Source: a virus (Duplodnaviria > Caudoviricetes). From it: a DNA stretch of 60,789 nucleotides. Below, one piece after another: positions 1 to 9,300 of this stretch. Location: positions 1 to 60,789 of IMG/VR virus record IMGVR_UViG_3300033485_000012. One strand, written 5' to 3'. The translations under genes were made by a program, and so were the position numbers. Numbering within the stretch: position 1 is the stretch's first letter; each line of letters begins with the position of its first letter. Under the pieces are notes generated by a model that did no database searches, was not told the origin of the DNA, and worked only from the letters and a program-made list of their open reading frames with translations.

Positions 1-474
1 AAGGTCTCTACAAATCAAGAGTCTTTGGACGCCGAACGCGACCGACCCAGCCGCCAAGCCATCCGTAACGGATGTGGCATTGACAAGAAGGCGGAAGGCG
101 TGGTACTCCGTCCGCTGAAGGAGCTCACCGATAACCGCGGCAATCGAATCATGTGCAAGCACAAGCGCGCAGATTTTTCCGAGCGCGCATCGAAGGCGGA
201 CACTGTAGCACCAGAAAAGGCCAAAATCCTCGCAGATGCACAAGCTATCGCAGAAGAGTGGGTGACGCCGATGCGCCTGGAGCATGTTGTCGACCACCTT
301 AAGGCCGAACTTCAGCGCGAACTGACAATGGCGGACCTCTCGACCTTAATCCAGGCCATGGTCGAAGATGTGTTTCGTGAGGGGGCCGGAGAAATCGTCG
401 AGAGCAAGGAGGCCCGCAAGGCTGTTGGTGCGAAGTGTGCTATATTGTTCCGACGTGGAGCTCAATCTGACTGA
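1..474 (+). CDS. RNA ligase (Rnl2-like), C-terminal part; likely begins before the window
   Basis: EGVVLRP...NRIMCKHK..F.E resembles nucleotidyltransferase motifs IV/V of Rnl2-family ligases. Confidence 0.6.
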   Translation, partial: KVSTNQESLDAERDRPSRQAIRNGCGIDKKAEGVVLRPLKELTDNRGNRIMCKHKRADFSERASKADTVAPEKAKILADAQAIAEEWVTPMRLEHVVDHLKAELQRELTMADLSTLIQAMVEDVFREGAGEIVESKEARKAVGAKCAILFRRGAQSD

Positions 475-664
475 ACAAGAAAAGGATTGGATGTCTAGGA
501 TGCCTTGGGAGTCGCTGGCGGTATGTGCCAAGTATGGCGTTAAAGAAACAGGCCGCTACGTGGCCGAACATCCGACACGTCCTCCGCGAATTAGGTTGTG
601 GATTCTGTCAGACTACATCAAAACTATGACATTGCCCGAGTTCTTGGAGGCTACAAATGGCTAA
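455..664 (+). CDS. Small protein with C-terminal 'MxLxEFL' box
   Basis: GTG start at 455 in the frame of ORF 368..664; ends PPRIRLWILSDYIKTMTLPEFLEATNG. Confidence 0.6.
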   Translation: MELNLTEQEKDWMSRMPWESLAVCAKYGVKETGRYVAEHPTRPPRIRLWILSDYIKTMTLPEFLEATNG

Positions 665-896
665 ACGTCAATGGAAAACATCCGTCACAATGTCGCGCGA
701 GATTGATTTAGGAGATGACTACCTCTTCAAACAAGTGATTGAGTCGGACGGCACGTCCGCGTTTTTGGGATCGATGGTGCTTTGGAGGGGCTGGCATACT
801 GCTTGGCTCAAAAATGTGCGAGGTGTTTCGTTGTTCGAAGTCAAGGTGATCGCAGAAGAGCACCTGAAGGAAGTTAGGTCGATGTATGCAGAGTAA
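657..896 (+). CDS. Hypothetical protein
   Basis: ATG with GGAGG SD, overlaps the upstream stop. Confidence 0.6.
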   Translation: MAKRQWKTSVTMSREIDLGDDYLFKQVIESDGTSAFLGSMVLWRGWHTAWLKNVRGVSLFEVKVIAEEHLKEVRSMYAE

Positions 897-916
897 CATT
901 CCAGCCGAGGCCATAC

Positions 917-1123
917 ATGGCAAAACATAAGTGGAAGAACTCTTGGCCAGGAAATTGCTGTCTTAAGTGTTGGGCGCCGGACCCGTTCGAAGACGACGAC
1001 GGGCTCGTCCCATGTCCGGATTGCGCCAACGCCCTAACCAACGGATGTAAGAAATGTTGTTACACGGGATGGGCTCCGAATCCGAGCAAATCGTACGATG
1101 AAGAGTGTCCGGTGGGACCGTGA
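917..1123 (+). CDS. Cys-rich (Zn-finger-like) small protein
   Basis: CxxC pairs; GAGG SD. Confidence 0.55.
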   Translation: MAKHKWKNSWPGNCCLKCWAPDPFEDDDGLVPCPDCANALTNGCKKCCYTGWAPNPSKSYDEECPVGP

Positions 1124-1389
1124 TCAAAAGATTCGCCGTGAGCAAGCCGGAGGTGACAATGTATTTTTACCAACCCACTCCGACTTGTCCGTATTGGACT
1201 TATAGTTATGAGTCGGGCACCACCACCGCCTCTCCCGATGAGGACGTGGCGTTCAAGCAGATCAACAAAATCCTCGGATGGCTCAATTGCGACCCGCCCA
1301 TTCCGGCCGTCAAAGCGTGGTTGACTTCAGAGTACAATCAGAGTATGACGCTGGAAGAGTTCTTGACTCAAACTGGAGTGTTGCAGTGA
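1120..1389 (+). CDS. Small protein with C-terminal 'MxLxEFL' box
   Basis: GTGA start/stop coupling; ends AVKAWLTSEYNQSMTLEEFLTQTGVLQ. Confidence 0.65.
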   Translation: MIKRFAVSKPEVTMYFYQPTPTCPYWTYSYESGTTTASPDEDVAFKQINKILGWLNCDPPIPAVKAWLTSEYNQSMTLEEFLTQTGVLQ

Positions 1390-1558
1390 ATACAGAATAT
1401 TGGGTCGCACTGCTGGTCGTGGTCGTCGGTGTGATTTTGGGCGAAATCAAGCGTAGATGTGACGCCGCCTACGAAGCCGAACGTGACCGGCGCAGAGATT
1501 GCCGCGGGTATACCGCGATTGATTATGTATTTGATGCCATTGAAAGGAAACGTCGTCC

Positions 1559-1933
1559 ATGTTCAAGATAGAACGAGACCTCGAGCTGGCATTGGATCCG
1601 CGCACCACATCCGAGGTTTTGGTGGGTTTATCCAAGAGTCGAGATGTTTACACCAGATTTAAGGTGGTGCAGCACCGCAATACACCACCGTGGGTGCTAG
1701 GGGCGATGTCTGCAGACAAGAACGCCGAAGTCAGGCAGGCTGTGGCGCGGGACCCGCGGACGGCGCCCGAAGCGCTGATGATTCTCGCAACCGACAAGAA
1801 CACCGATGTGCGGTGCGAGGTGGCGGGGAATCGGAACACACCATCCGCCGCGATCAGCCTGTTATTCAGAGATCAGAATAAGCGCGTCCGAGAGTCTGCG
1901 AAGCGATGGCTTTCACAACAAATCCCGTTCTAA
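1559..1933 (+). CDS. Leucine-rich-variant (LRV/HEAT-like) repeat protein
   Basis: Four to five ~24-aa repeats of the form VR.AVA.N.NTP..L..L..D. Confidence 0.75.
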   Translation: MFKIERDLELALDPRTTSEVLVGLSKSRDVYTRFKVVQHRNTPPWVLGAMSADKNAEVRQAVARDPRTAPEALMILATDKNTDVRCEVAGNRNTPSAAISLLFRDQNKRVRESAKRWLSQQIPF

Positions 1934-1934
1934 C

Positions 1935-2225
1935 ATGAAATACGCACCCATCAAGAAGGAGAAAATCACCCTCGCGGGGGTTCGGTATGAATTGTGTGAG
2001 TTATGCTCGTCGATCCCGCGCGACGGGCTTTACGCCATACAACTAAACGGCCTTGCGAACTCTTGGTGGAGGATGTCTGTGGATGGTCGGGTCATACGTA
2101 CAGATTCATGCCGGTCGATCCCGGAGGGATTCGAGGGCGCATGTCGAATGTGGATGGCCACGGACGAGGCATACGGTGGCATGACTTTGAAGGAGTTCTT
2201 GACATCTACGGGTGTTTTGGGGTAA
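1935..2225 (+). CDS. Paralog family protein with 'MxLxEFL' box
   Basis: Ends GACRMWMATDEAYGGMTLKEFLTSTGVLG. Confidence 0.7.
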   Translation: MKYAPIKKEKITLAGVRYELCELCSSIPRDGLYAIQLNGLANSWWRMSVDGRVIRTDSCRSIPEGFEGACRMWMATDEAYGGMTLKEFLTSTGVLG

Positions 2226-2420
2226 GGTGGCACACATGAAAGCTTCAGTGGCAGCGGCGCGACTGGCTGTACAGAATTGGCTTGACGCCAGACAGTATTA
2301 TCATTTGCCGCCACCGCACATCGAAATGTTGGTCCGCGAATTAGCGGAACATGACGGTCGACCGAGCAAAGTGACCGCAACGTTAGAGGACTGTCGCGAA
2401 GCCGCCCGTGGGAAGGCCGA

Positions 2421-2753
2421 ATGATGGCCCCCAAAACCTACAGCGGGCGCAACATGAGTATTTCGTACTTGAGCGTTACACGGACAGACACACTCGTCTT
2501 CGACGGGGTAAAATACTTCGCACAACACCTCAACGAAGAAACGGTCGGGAGTCGGCCGGTCAAGCTTTCGATTGAGCCCGTATACTATCCCGGCAACTAC
2601 AACTGGTGGAGTGTAGATCGACAAGGTCAGATAAATGCCAACAACCAACAAGTCCCACGTGTTCTAGCCGAAGGGTGCCGAATTTGGATGACGGGCTGTT
2701 ACCAAGATATGTCTTTGATAGAGTTCTTGACAAGCCTTGGTGTTTTGGGTTAG
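2421..2753 (+). CDS. Paralog family protein with 'MxLxEFL' box
   Basis: Ends EGCRIWMTGCYQDMSLIEFLTSLGVLG. Confidence 0.7.
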   Translation: MMAPKTYSGRNMSISYLSVTRTDTLVFDGVKYFAQHLNEETVGSRPVKLSIEPVYYPGNYNWWSVDRQGQINANNQQVPRVLAEGCRIWMTGCYQDMSLIEFLTSLGVLG

Positions 2754-2757
2754 AGCT

Positions 2758-3057
2758 ATGTATACATCGGACAGAATCGAATTCGAAGGTAAAGTCTACG
2801 AACTCAAATATCTACGATTGCCGTCTTGGTGCTCGAACCGCCCATCGCAACTGTCTATCCATCTACTAGACCCGATGCGCCCTTCTCGTCAACTTGGTTG
2901 GTGGAATGTAAACCGACAGGGAGAAATGTATTCTAGCTATACTCCCGCTGGCATCCCCGCCGGCCTTGCCGAAGGTTGTAAGATATGGATGATGACGGAG
3001 GATGGGTATAACATGCCTTTGATGGAATTCTTGACTAGCCTTGGTGTTGTGAGTTAG
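2758..3057 (+). CDS. Paralog family protein with 'MxLxEFL' box
   Basis: Ends EGCKIWMMTEDGYNMPLMEFLTSLGVVS. Confidence 0.7.
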   Translation: MYTSDRIEFEGKVYELKYLRLPSWCSNRPSQLSIHLLDPMRPSRQLGWWNVNRQGEMYSSYTPAGIPAGLAEGCKIWMMTEDGYNMPLMEFLTSLGVVS

Positions 3058-3067
3058 GGTGTAATCC

Positions 3068-3367
3068 ATGTCCAGTCATATTGTCATAGACGGCAACGAA
3101 TTCTCCCTAAAGGAGCACTACAAAATGTCTTGCAAAAACCCAGATCAACCCGCCATTTGTTTGTGTCCTCTTGAGGGCGCTGGCTACGGGGTACGCCAGG
3201 TACTCGCGAACAAGTTCATCAATGGATGGCTTGATGGCGGGTCGGTGCGGCTGGCTAACAGATTGGCAGCCGACGTGACAGCGTCAGAATTCCGTCTATG
3301 GGAGATGCTCTTCAACTTAGAAGAAGAGGCAAGTGGCGCCATGGAGATGTGGCGGTCGAGTTTGTAA
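3068..3367 (+). CDS. Divergent member of the same paralog array
   Basis: N-terminus I.IDG.EF.L resembles the neighbours; the C-terminal box is degenerate. Confidence 0.55.
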   Translation: MSSHIVIDGNEFSLKEHYKMSCKNPDQPAICLCPLEGAGYGVRQVLANKFINGWLDGGSVRLANRLAADVTASEFRLWEMLFNLEEEASGAMEMWRSSL

Positions 3368-3399
3368 TAGGTTTTCGGAAAATTTGAGCGGAGAGACTA

Positions 3400-3696
3400 A
3401 TGGAGCTCAAGGATCTGGGCTACGTCTTCTTGGCTGGTCGTGAATTTGTTCTATCCGAAGTCTACTCGTTGTCGGAGTCTAGAAGGGGTGAGCCGTGGGC
3501 CATACACTTACGCGCCGCTGAGAACACTCAGATGTGGTATCTAATGGAGGATAACGGTCGCGAACAGTACAGTCCACATGGAGATAAGGTCATTCCCTCA
3601 GGGTTTAAATCGGCATTGAAGATGTGGTGGGCGACAGACGGATATGGTGGTATATTTTTGATAGAGTTCTTGGCTAACCTTGATGTTATTGGTTAG
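3400..3696 (+). CDS. Paralog family protein with 'MxLxEFL' box
   Basis: GGAG SD; ends LKMWWATDGYGGIFLIEFLANLDVIG. Confidence 0.7.
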   Translation: MELKDLGYVFLAGREFVLSEVYSLSESRRGEPWAIHLRAAENTQMWYLMEDNGREQYSPHGDKVIPSGFKSALKMWWATDGYGGIFLIEFLANLDVIG

Positions 3697-3950
3697 AATT
3701 TTGTAAAATTTTTTGAGCACGCACTGGGACGCACTCTACTTTTGATACGCCCGGGTACGATGGGACCCTAAACCCCGTTTGACCCCCGGGAGGGTGGCGG
3801 GTACCCCGAGCTACCACCGGCATGCCTCTTGCACTACCACGAATCATGCCACGTACGCGCATGGATATTGCATAGAGCCACGCACAAGCCCTGTCATCCC
3901 CACCAAGACCCCTCTTGAGATCGGCGCCACCATCACCAAGGCGGACCGGG

Positions 3951-3986
3951 TTGACAACTCGTAGCGGCCCGTGTTATGTTTAAGGT
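3951..3986 (+). promoter_or_regulatory. Sigma70-type early promoter, leaderless (first of about 30 similar units)
   Basis: TTGACA-18-TATGTT, then ATG 6 nt later. Confidence 0.8.
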
Positions 3987-4256
3987 ATGAATACGATGCT
4001 TGAAGGGGTTGTCGCCAAGCTGACTCACCGCAACTGCGGTTATGGTGTGTGGGTGACTGACGTGGTTGCCCAACTTCAAGCAGAGGGATACGAAGTCAGC
4101 TTCTCGGAGTTCGCAGAGTGGGCCCTGGAAGCTCACCGGGCCGGTACCGTGACCCTTCGTAGGTGCGACTTGGTGGTTGGTCGCGACGCCTTCAAGCTCT
4201 CGGCCAGTGAAATCAAGGGGTTGGCGGGGTCGACGTTCCACACCATCGAGGCTTGA
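3987..4256 (+). CDS. Hypothetical protein (paralog of 29497..29796)
   Basis: Shared VWxxDV...WAxEAH...VTLRxCD...ASE...[FY]HTI. Confidence 0.75.
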   Translation: MNTMLEGVVAKLTHRNCGYGVWVTDVVAQLQAEGYEVSFSEFAEWALEAHRAGTVTLRRCDLVVGRDAFKLSASEIKGLAGSTFHTIEA

Positions 4257-4709
4257 CACGGTAAATCATCGAGGGTATATTTGTTGTGTAGGGTGGTTCA
4301 CAGGAGATTCACAATGCACTTCAACACCAAGCCCAGCTTCTTCACCCGCTTCGACAACATCTCCATCGCGGTCATCCTCGTGACGTTCCTCGCGCTCGCT
4401 TTCGCGAACTGCTGAAAGAGCTTGACAAACCCCACACCGCTACGTTACACTTGAGGTAGGAGAAACAAAATGCTCGCACTTGCAGCCTTCGTAGTCGGTC
4501 TCTCGGTGGTCGGTGGTTTCGGCACTCTCGCAGCGCTCGCGTTCAAGTGGAGCTGAGATGTCCCCTCAAGAATTCGTCATCGGCTTCGTGGTTGTGTTGT
4601 TTTTCGCCGATTGGCTTGTTAGTATCTGGCGCGATTAGCACCCCCACCAAGCCCAGCATCGGCGAAGCAGTCGACCCGAACGATCTCACGGAAGACGAGA
4701 GGTGGTGAC

Positions 4710-5348
4710 CTAGGGGCGATTCCCTTGGTATTGAAAAAGGTGTAGACCGGATTCCGCTAGCGTTCGGACGACCTCCAACTCCTCCCGTCGTAGGTCTTCG
4801 ACGCTAGAGGTCAGGGGAAGAGTCTTGAGCGGCTCTATGGTCAGAGCGGACAAGTCCCCTCTGAATATGAGGGCCGAGATCATGTCAGACGGTCTTGCGC
4901 CCCGTCTAGGCCTGTTGTTTCGCTTTGCCTCTGATTTGCTAACCGCCTTACTAACATGCCCTGCCAATCGCACAGAAAGGGGCCTTATGGTCGAACCTAC
5001 GTAGAAGGGCCAGCCACACACCGACAGGCAATAAATGGTGCGGCCGTCTCTGAGCCAGTGATCTCTAGGAGTGGGCGTCATCACCCTTTTAGGCGGGGAC
5101 TTGATTCGGGTTAATCCATTCATTCTGTTCTTAGTTGAGCGAAAAACGGTACGCTTTTGCTTCCGACCGCGCTTCATTACGCTTAGAATGGAGTGAACTT
5201 CATCTCCGTTATCCAAAACAGACGGCTTGTTTCTCGGAGTCAAACACTCCAAGCACGTCACCATGGGCGGAACCACCACCCTGCACCCACACTGGAGACA
5301 AAGATTCTTGAGAGCTTTAGAGGCATATCTACTTGCAAAATTGGTCAT
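4710..5348 (-). CDS. GIY-YIG-like endonuclease
   Basis: TIYCL...FYVGST.R.L..RL..H...REE motif; TATAAT 5 nt before the ATG. Confidence 0.6.
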   Translation of the reverse strand: MTNFASRYASKALKNLCLQCGCRVVVPPMVTCLECLTPRNKPSVLDNGDEVHSILSVMKRGRKQKRTVFRSTKNRMNGLTRIKSPPKRVMTPTPRDHWLRDGRTIYCLSVCGWPFYVGSTIRPLSVRLAGHVSKAVSKSEAKRNNRPRRGARPSDMISALIFRGDLSALTIEPLKTLPLTSSVEDLRREELEVVRTLAESGLHLFQYQGNRP

Positions 5349-5893
5349 GCCGTATTATACCATATGGGGGTCGACTTTCGACATTCGGTGTGTAGGGATT
5401 GCGTAACTCTTCGAATTCGTTCGAGTGAGACTCGTGACCACACGTGAAAATGGGGTCGTTTCGGGACCTAGCGGAACAGCGCGCGCCAAGAAGTCGAAAA
5501 CGTAACCTCGCGGAATTACATAGTCGCTCAACCGTGTGTTGTACAGACCCTAAAGGACTCCATATGACTGAACTAGTTGTCGAAATCAGCCTGGCATTTG
5601 TCCGGTCGGCTCTGCTTGCAAGCTTCGTGAGCTTTGTGTTATTGCTCGTCGGGAACTTCTACTCTGTTTTGAGGGACATGTGAAAGTTGGCTCAATCGTA
5701 GCCATCAAGGAAAACGGAGATCTCGGGGTTGTAGTGCAGCTCAGCAGTAAGAACCCGGATTGTCTGTGGATTCGATGGGCTACCAACCCAGAACCTATTT
5801 GGTGGGATTGCTTTTACCGTAGCGAACTCACACGGTTGCCCGGGTCGGTTCTTTAGTCTTGACGCGGTAAATCCACGCTGTTATACTTGGAGT

Positions 5894-6130
5894 ATGACCA
5901 TGCAGCTCACCAAAGTCGTCACAACGTCTTACAGCACTTCCGAAGTCAACCCCGCCCATAAGGTGTCTACCGATACGGTATACATGTTGTGCGGCCACAA
6001 ACTCTCCCGTCGAGACCTGGAAGCACTCTACAAAGACATCGGGGTTGCCCTGAACGGTTCTCCGACGGCAAAGGAGCCAATTCCAACCGAGTTCTACGGC
6101 GAATACATGGCCCGCCAGGGGAAGTTCTAA
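5894..6130 (+). CDS. Hypothetical early protein
   Basis: Own promoter: TTGACG(5859)..TATACT, leaderless. Confidence 0.7.
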   Translation: MTMQLTKVVTTSYSTSEVNPAHKVSTDTVYMLCGHKLSRRDLEALYKDIGVALNGSPTAKEPIPTEFYGEYMARQGKF

Positions 6131-6448
6131 GGCAAACCAATTCCAACCCCGTGACTATACGGGAAATTCTCCGAATCGATTTTGGGGGTTTGGAACGGCT
6201 AAGTGATGTGAGCTTGTGTGTGTTGGTGTACGAATACACTGACAAACAACAGCACCCCAGCGTGAACACCCGCTAGGGACATCTCTCGAACGTACTGCGG
6301 GCTAATAACCCATTCCATAACATAAGGCATTGTGTGGTCATGACCATATATCGTCACTGCCATACGTGACGATACATTACGACATATGGTCGCTGGGGGG
6401 GTGTTCGAGGGACTTGACAACGAATTTCGGGGTTGTTATATTTGGTGT

Positions 6449-6634
6449 ATGAACAACACGATGAAGAAACTGGAAGAGGTGATCGCATCTTACCCCGCTG
6501 GCACGATTCGCTGGGACGGTGATGAACTCGTAGGTGTGGCCGCAGACGGGGTTGTGGTGAACCTGGGTTGGCGTCAGGCTCCTCAATCCGCCATCGACTA
6601 TCTGAAGTACCATCCTTCTCCTAGCGCCTGGTGA
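6449..6634 (+). CDS. Hypothetical early protein
   Basis: Promoter TTGACA(6414)..TATATT, ATG at +35. Confidence 0.7.
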   Translation: MNNTMKKLEEVIASYPAGTIRWDGDELVGVAADGVVVNLGWRQAPQSAIDYLKYHPSPSAW

Positions 6635-6650
6635 TTCCGGGGTTGTACAG

Positions 6651-6678
6651 GCCCACCTCAGACGTGGGCTTTCTTTTT
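6651..6678 (+). terminator. Rho-independent terminator (repeated at 11411..11438)
   Basis: GCCCAC-loop-GTGGGC followed by TTTCTTTTT. Confidence 0.8.
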
Positions 6679-6717
6679 GAGCTTGACAGCCCATTCTGAG
6701 CCGGTTATTGTTTAAGT

Positions 6718-6924
6718 ATGGAAACCAAGATGACCTACACCGTTCAAGCCTTTGACGTCGAAGCTGATAGATGGAGGATCTACTTGGTCGACTCGGACTC
6801 CGCCGAGTTAGCTGTACTTGAGGTGTCTACTAGGCCCAATACCCATTTCGACATGGAGATGGGTGTTCGTGTGATTTCTGCCACACCTTCGGACCGACCG
6901 CGTTGGCCCGTCGAAGGGCTGTAG
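6718..6924 (+). CDS. Hypothetical early protein
   Basis: Promoter at 6683, ATG at +35. Confidence 0.7.
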   Translation: METKMTYTVQAFDVEADRWRIYLVDSDSAELAVLEVSTRPNTHFDMEMGVRVISATPSDRPRWPVEGL

Positions 6925-7014
6925 GGGTGCGTCCAAAATGCATCTACTTGTGCATAAGTAGATACATTTTGTCTGGAGCTTGACAACGCATTCTGAGTCT
7001 GTTAGGCTTTGAGT

Positions 7015-7521
7015 ATGAAAACCACTCTCCTCCTCTCGTTGGTGGTGTTGACCGGGTGCTCTGCCTCTGACACCGTGTGCGGTCAGTCCCTCGACTCTTC
7101 TATGTCGGATTGGCTGACAGTCGAAGCGCTGCAAGAAGCGGAGACAGCCTTTGTGGGGGGGGCTCTGTTGGTAGCAGGGGACTCCCGTCTCTCTGATGTC
7201 GGGTCAGCGTGCAAGTGGCTTCAAGGGGTCAGGGTGGTTCCGATGCCTGCCCCCACTTGGGTTGATTCTTGGGGGCGTACGGTAGCGGGGCTCGCTTACC
7301 CTGCGAAGGACTGGTCTTTGACTTGGCATGCCCCGGGTGGGGTTGTGGTGGTCGGTCGGCAAGTCGAAGGAACTTGGAAGTCATCGGCTTTGGTTCACGA
7401 GTGGATTCACATCGTACAAGGTGGGATTCCAGCTGCGCCATGTTTGGCCACAGATGACTCTCATTGCGGTTGGAGCCGGGTCGGTGGGGAATACGCTTTA
7501 ATAGACGCGCTTAGTCGTTGA
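7015..7521 (+). CDS. Lipoprotein with HExxH (zinc-metallopeptidase-like) motif
   Basis: Lipobox LTGC; ALVHEWIH plus a downstream H. Confidence 0.65.
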   Translation: MKTTLLLSLVVLTGCSASDTVCGQSLDSSMSDWLTVEALQEAETAFVGGALLVAGDSRLSDVGSACKWLQGVRVVPMPAPTWVDSWGRTVAGLAYPAKDWSLTWHAPGGVVVVGRQVEGTWKSSALVHEWIHIVQGGIPAAPCLATDDSHCGWSRVGGEYALIDALSR

Positions 7522-7551
7522 CTTCTTTCGGCGGGGTTGTTAGATTTGAAC

Positions 7552-8310
7552 ATGAGCTCTCTCGTCTTGGTGTTGATGGCCAGCCTCCCATCTTCCTTCT
7601 CTTGGTGTGGTGCAAGTGACGGTGGCTACTCGCAGTGCACGCCAGTCAAAGACCAAGGACCGTGTGGTGGATGTTGGGCTTACGCTACCGCGGCTGTAGT
7701 TGAAAACCTCATCTTCTTGGCAGACTCTTCGAACGTGCCTGACGTGTCAGAGAAGCACCTTCTCGAGAACAATCCATGGGGTTGGAGTTGCGAACTCGGA
7801 GGTGGTAGGGCGTTCGACATGTACGTTGATGGAGGTGTGGTTCTCGAAGACGGCTTGGAAGTCGATGTCCACGTTGCCAGGTGGGCAAGTCTCGGGGTGG
7901 CGCCAACGGTCGAAGCCATCAAAGCCGCCATCTTTGAGCGCGGTCCGGTATGGAGCGCCGTGTATGCAGACAGAGCCTTCCAGAATTACGACGGTGGGGT
8001 TTTCCGTGGAACTCGAACCACGGTTCAACACGCGGTCGTGCTCGTCGGTTGGGACGACAACGATGGCGACGGGTATTGGATTCTGAGGAACTCTCGCGGC
8101 CCGACTTGGGGTGACCAGGGCTACATGAAAATCGCCTACGGGGCGAACGCAGTGGGCTTCTGGGCGACTTGGGTCGAGCTGGAGCATGAAGGTCTGACCC
8201 CTGCAACAGGATGCGCTACCAGTCCGGGCGGACTGTTGGCGGTCATCGGACTCCTCGGGCTTCTACTTCGAAGGGCTTGCGCTCGCGATTCGGCGGGTGT
8301 AGTCTATTAA
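7552..8310 (+). CDS. Papain-like cysteine peptidase (C1A) with MYXO-CTERM-like anchor
   Basis: DQGPCGGCWAY (Gln/Cys), HAVVLVGW (His), WILRNS (Asn); ends GCATSPGGLLAVIGLLGLLLRR. Confidence 0.9.
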   Translation: MSSLVLVLMASLPSSFSWCGASDGGYSQCTPVKDQGPCGGCWAYATAAVVENLIFLADSSNVPDVSEKHLLENNPWGWSCELGGGRAFDMYVDGGVVLEDGLEVDVHVARWASLGVAPTVEAIKAAIFERGPVWSAVYADRAFQNYDGGVFRGTRTTVQHAVVLVGWDDNDGDGYWILRNSRGPTWGDQGYMKIAYGANAVGFWATWVELEHEGLTPATGCATSPGGLLAVIGLLGLLLRRACARDSAGVVY

Positions 8311-8312
8311 GC

Positions 8313-8780
8313 ATGAAGACGGCAGTGATTGCGGCAGTGATGTTGGCGACTATTGGGTGTAGTGGAGAAATGTCATACGTCTGCTCGGACAACGTGTTCG
8401 CCGAAGTCCGATACTCGGAGCCGGTAGACTGTACCAAGAGTCGCGAGGTGACCGACAAGGCATGGCACTTCATGGTTGAGTCCGGGCTTTGGGGTGCTCC
8501 ATATCTGAAGTCGACAGTCGTGGTGGTTCAACCCGTCAGGTGGTGGCACGACGATTTTGTCGACCAAGACGTCTCAGGTATGTTCTACCCAGGTCGGATT
8601 GAAGTCGGTCGTGACTACGGCGCCTTGGTTCACGAAATGTTCCATGCCAAAGACTACCTCGAGTTCGACCTCCCTCGGCTTCTGGCGCCAATACACTCCA
8701 ACTGGAATATTGATGGGCGATATGTGGCCGACATCAAATGGTGTGAATCTGTGACCAACCTGAAGTGTCGACTCTTCTAA
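8313..8780 (+). CDS. Lipoprotein with HExxH motif
   Basis: Lipobox TIGC; GALVHEMFH...H.NW...GRY. Confidence 0.65.
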   Translation: MKTAVIAAVMLATIGCSGEMSYVCSDNVFAEVRYSEPVDCTKSREVTDKAWHFMVESGLWGAPYLKSTVVVVQPVRWWHDDFVDQDVSGMFYPGRIEVGRDYGALVHEMFHAKDYLEFDLPRLLAPIHSNWNIDGRYVADIKWCESVTNLKCRLF

Positions 8781-9300
8781 GGAGCACGCGATGACGCGAA
8801 CGATCGTAGTGGCAGTAATGGCGACTTTGATGTTGGGTATGGACGAACAGGGCTGTGGCGGCGACTTCGACGCTGCGTTGCAGCGGTGTATCGCCCAGGG
8901 CCGATGCCAAGTCGATGGAGGGGTATGGAGGGGTATGGAGATTATGACGGGCGGAGTTCACGAAGGAACTCCCGAATCTATGGGAAGGAATAAAGTCGAG
9001 GGCTGAGTAGCTCATCTCGAATGATGTGGGGCTTTTGTTTGACACGGAATTGCTGGGTTGTTATGTTTGTGGTAGGGAGAAACACAATGACTTGCAACTC
9101 AGCCACCGAAGCGCTCAAGAACATCTTGGCTCAAATGGGTCATGTGGACTCACAGCGCACCTTCGACGACTTGACCCGGTTGGTTGAGGCGTTGGAAGCT
9201 GACACACCAATTCCCACATCTCACAAAGACGTGCGGACCCCGTTCGAGCGGGGCTTTTGAAGGACTTGACAACGCATTCTAAGTCTGTTAGGATTAGAGT

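Noticed and set aside
6146-6170. CCCGTGACTATACGGGAAATT as a third omega-RNA scaffold
   Set aside because: Resembles only the first hairpin; GCCTGTGGAG and GAAGCAGGAA are absent.
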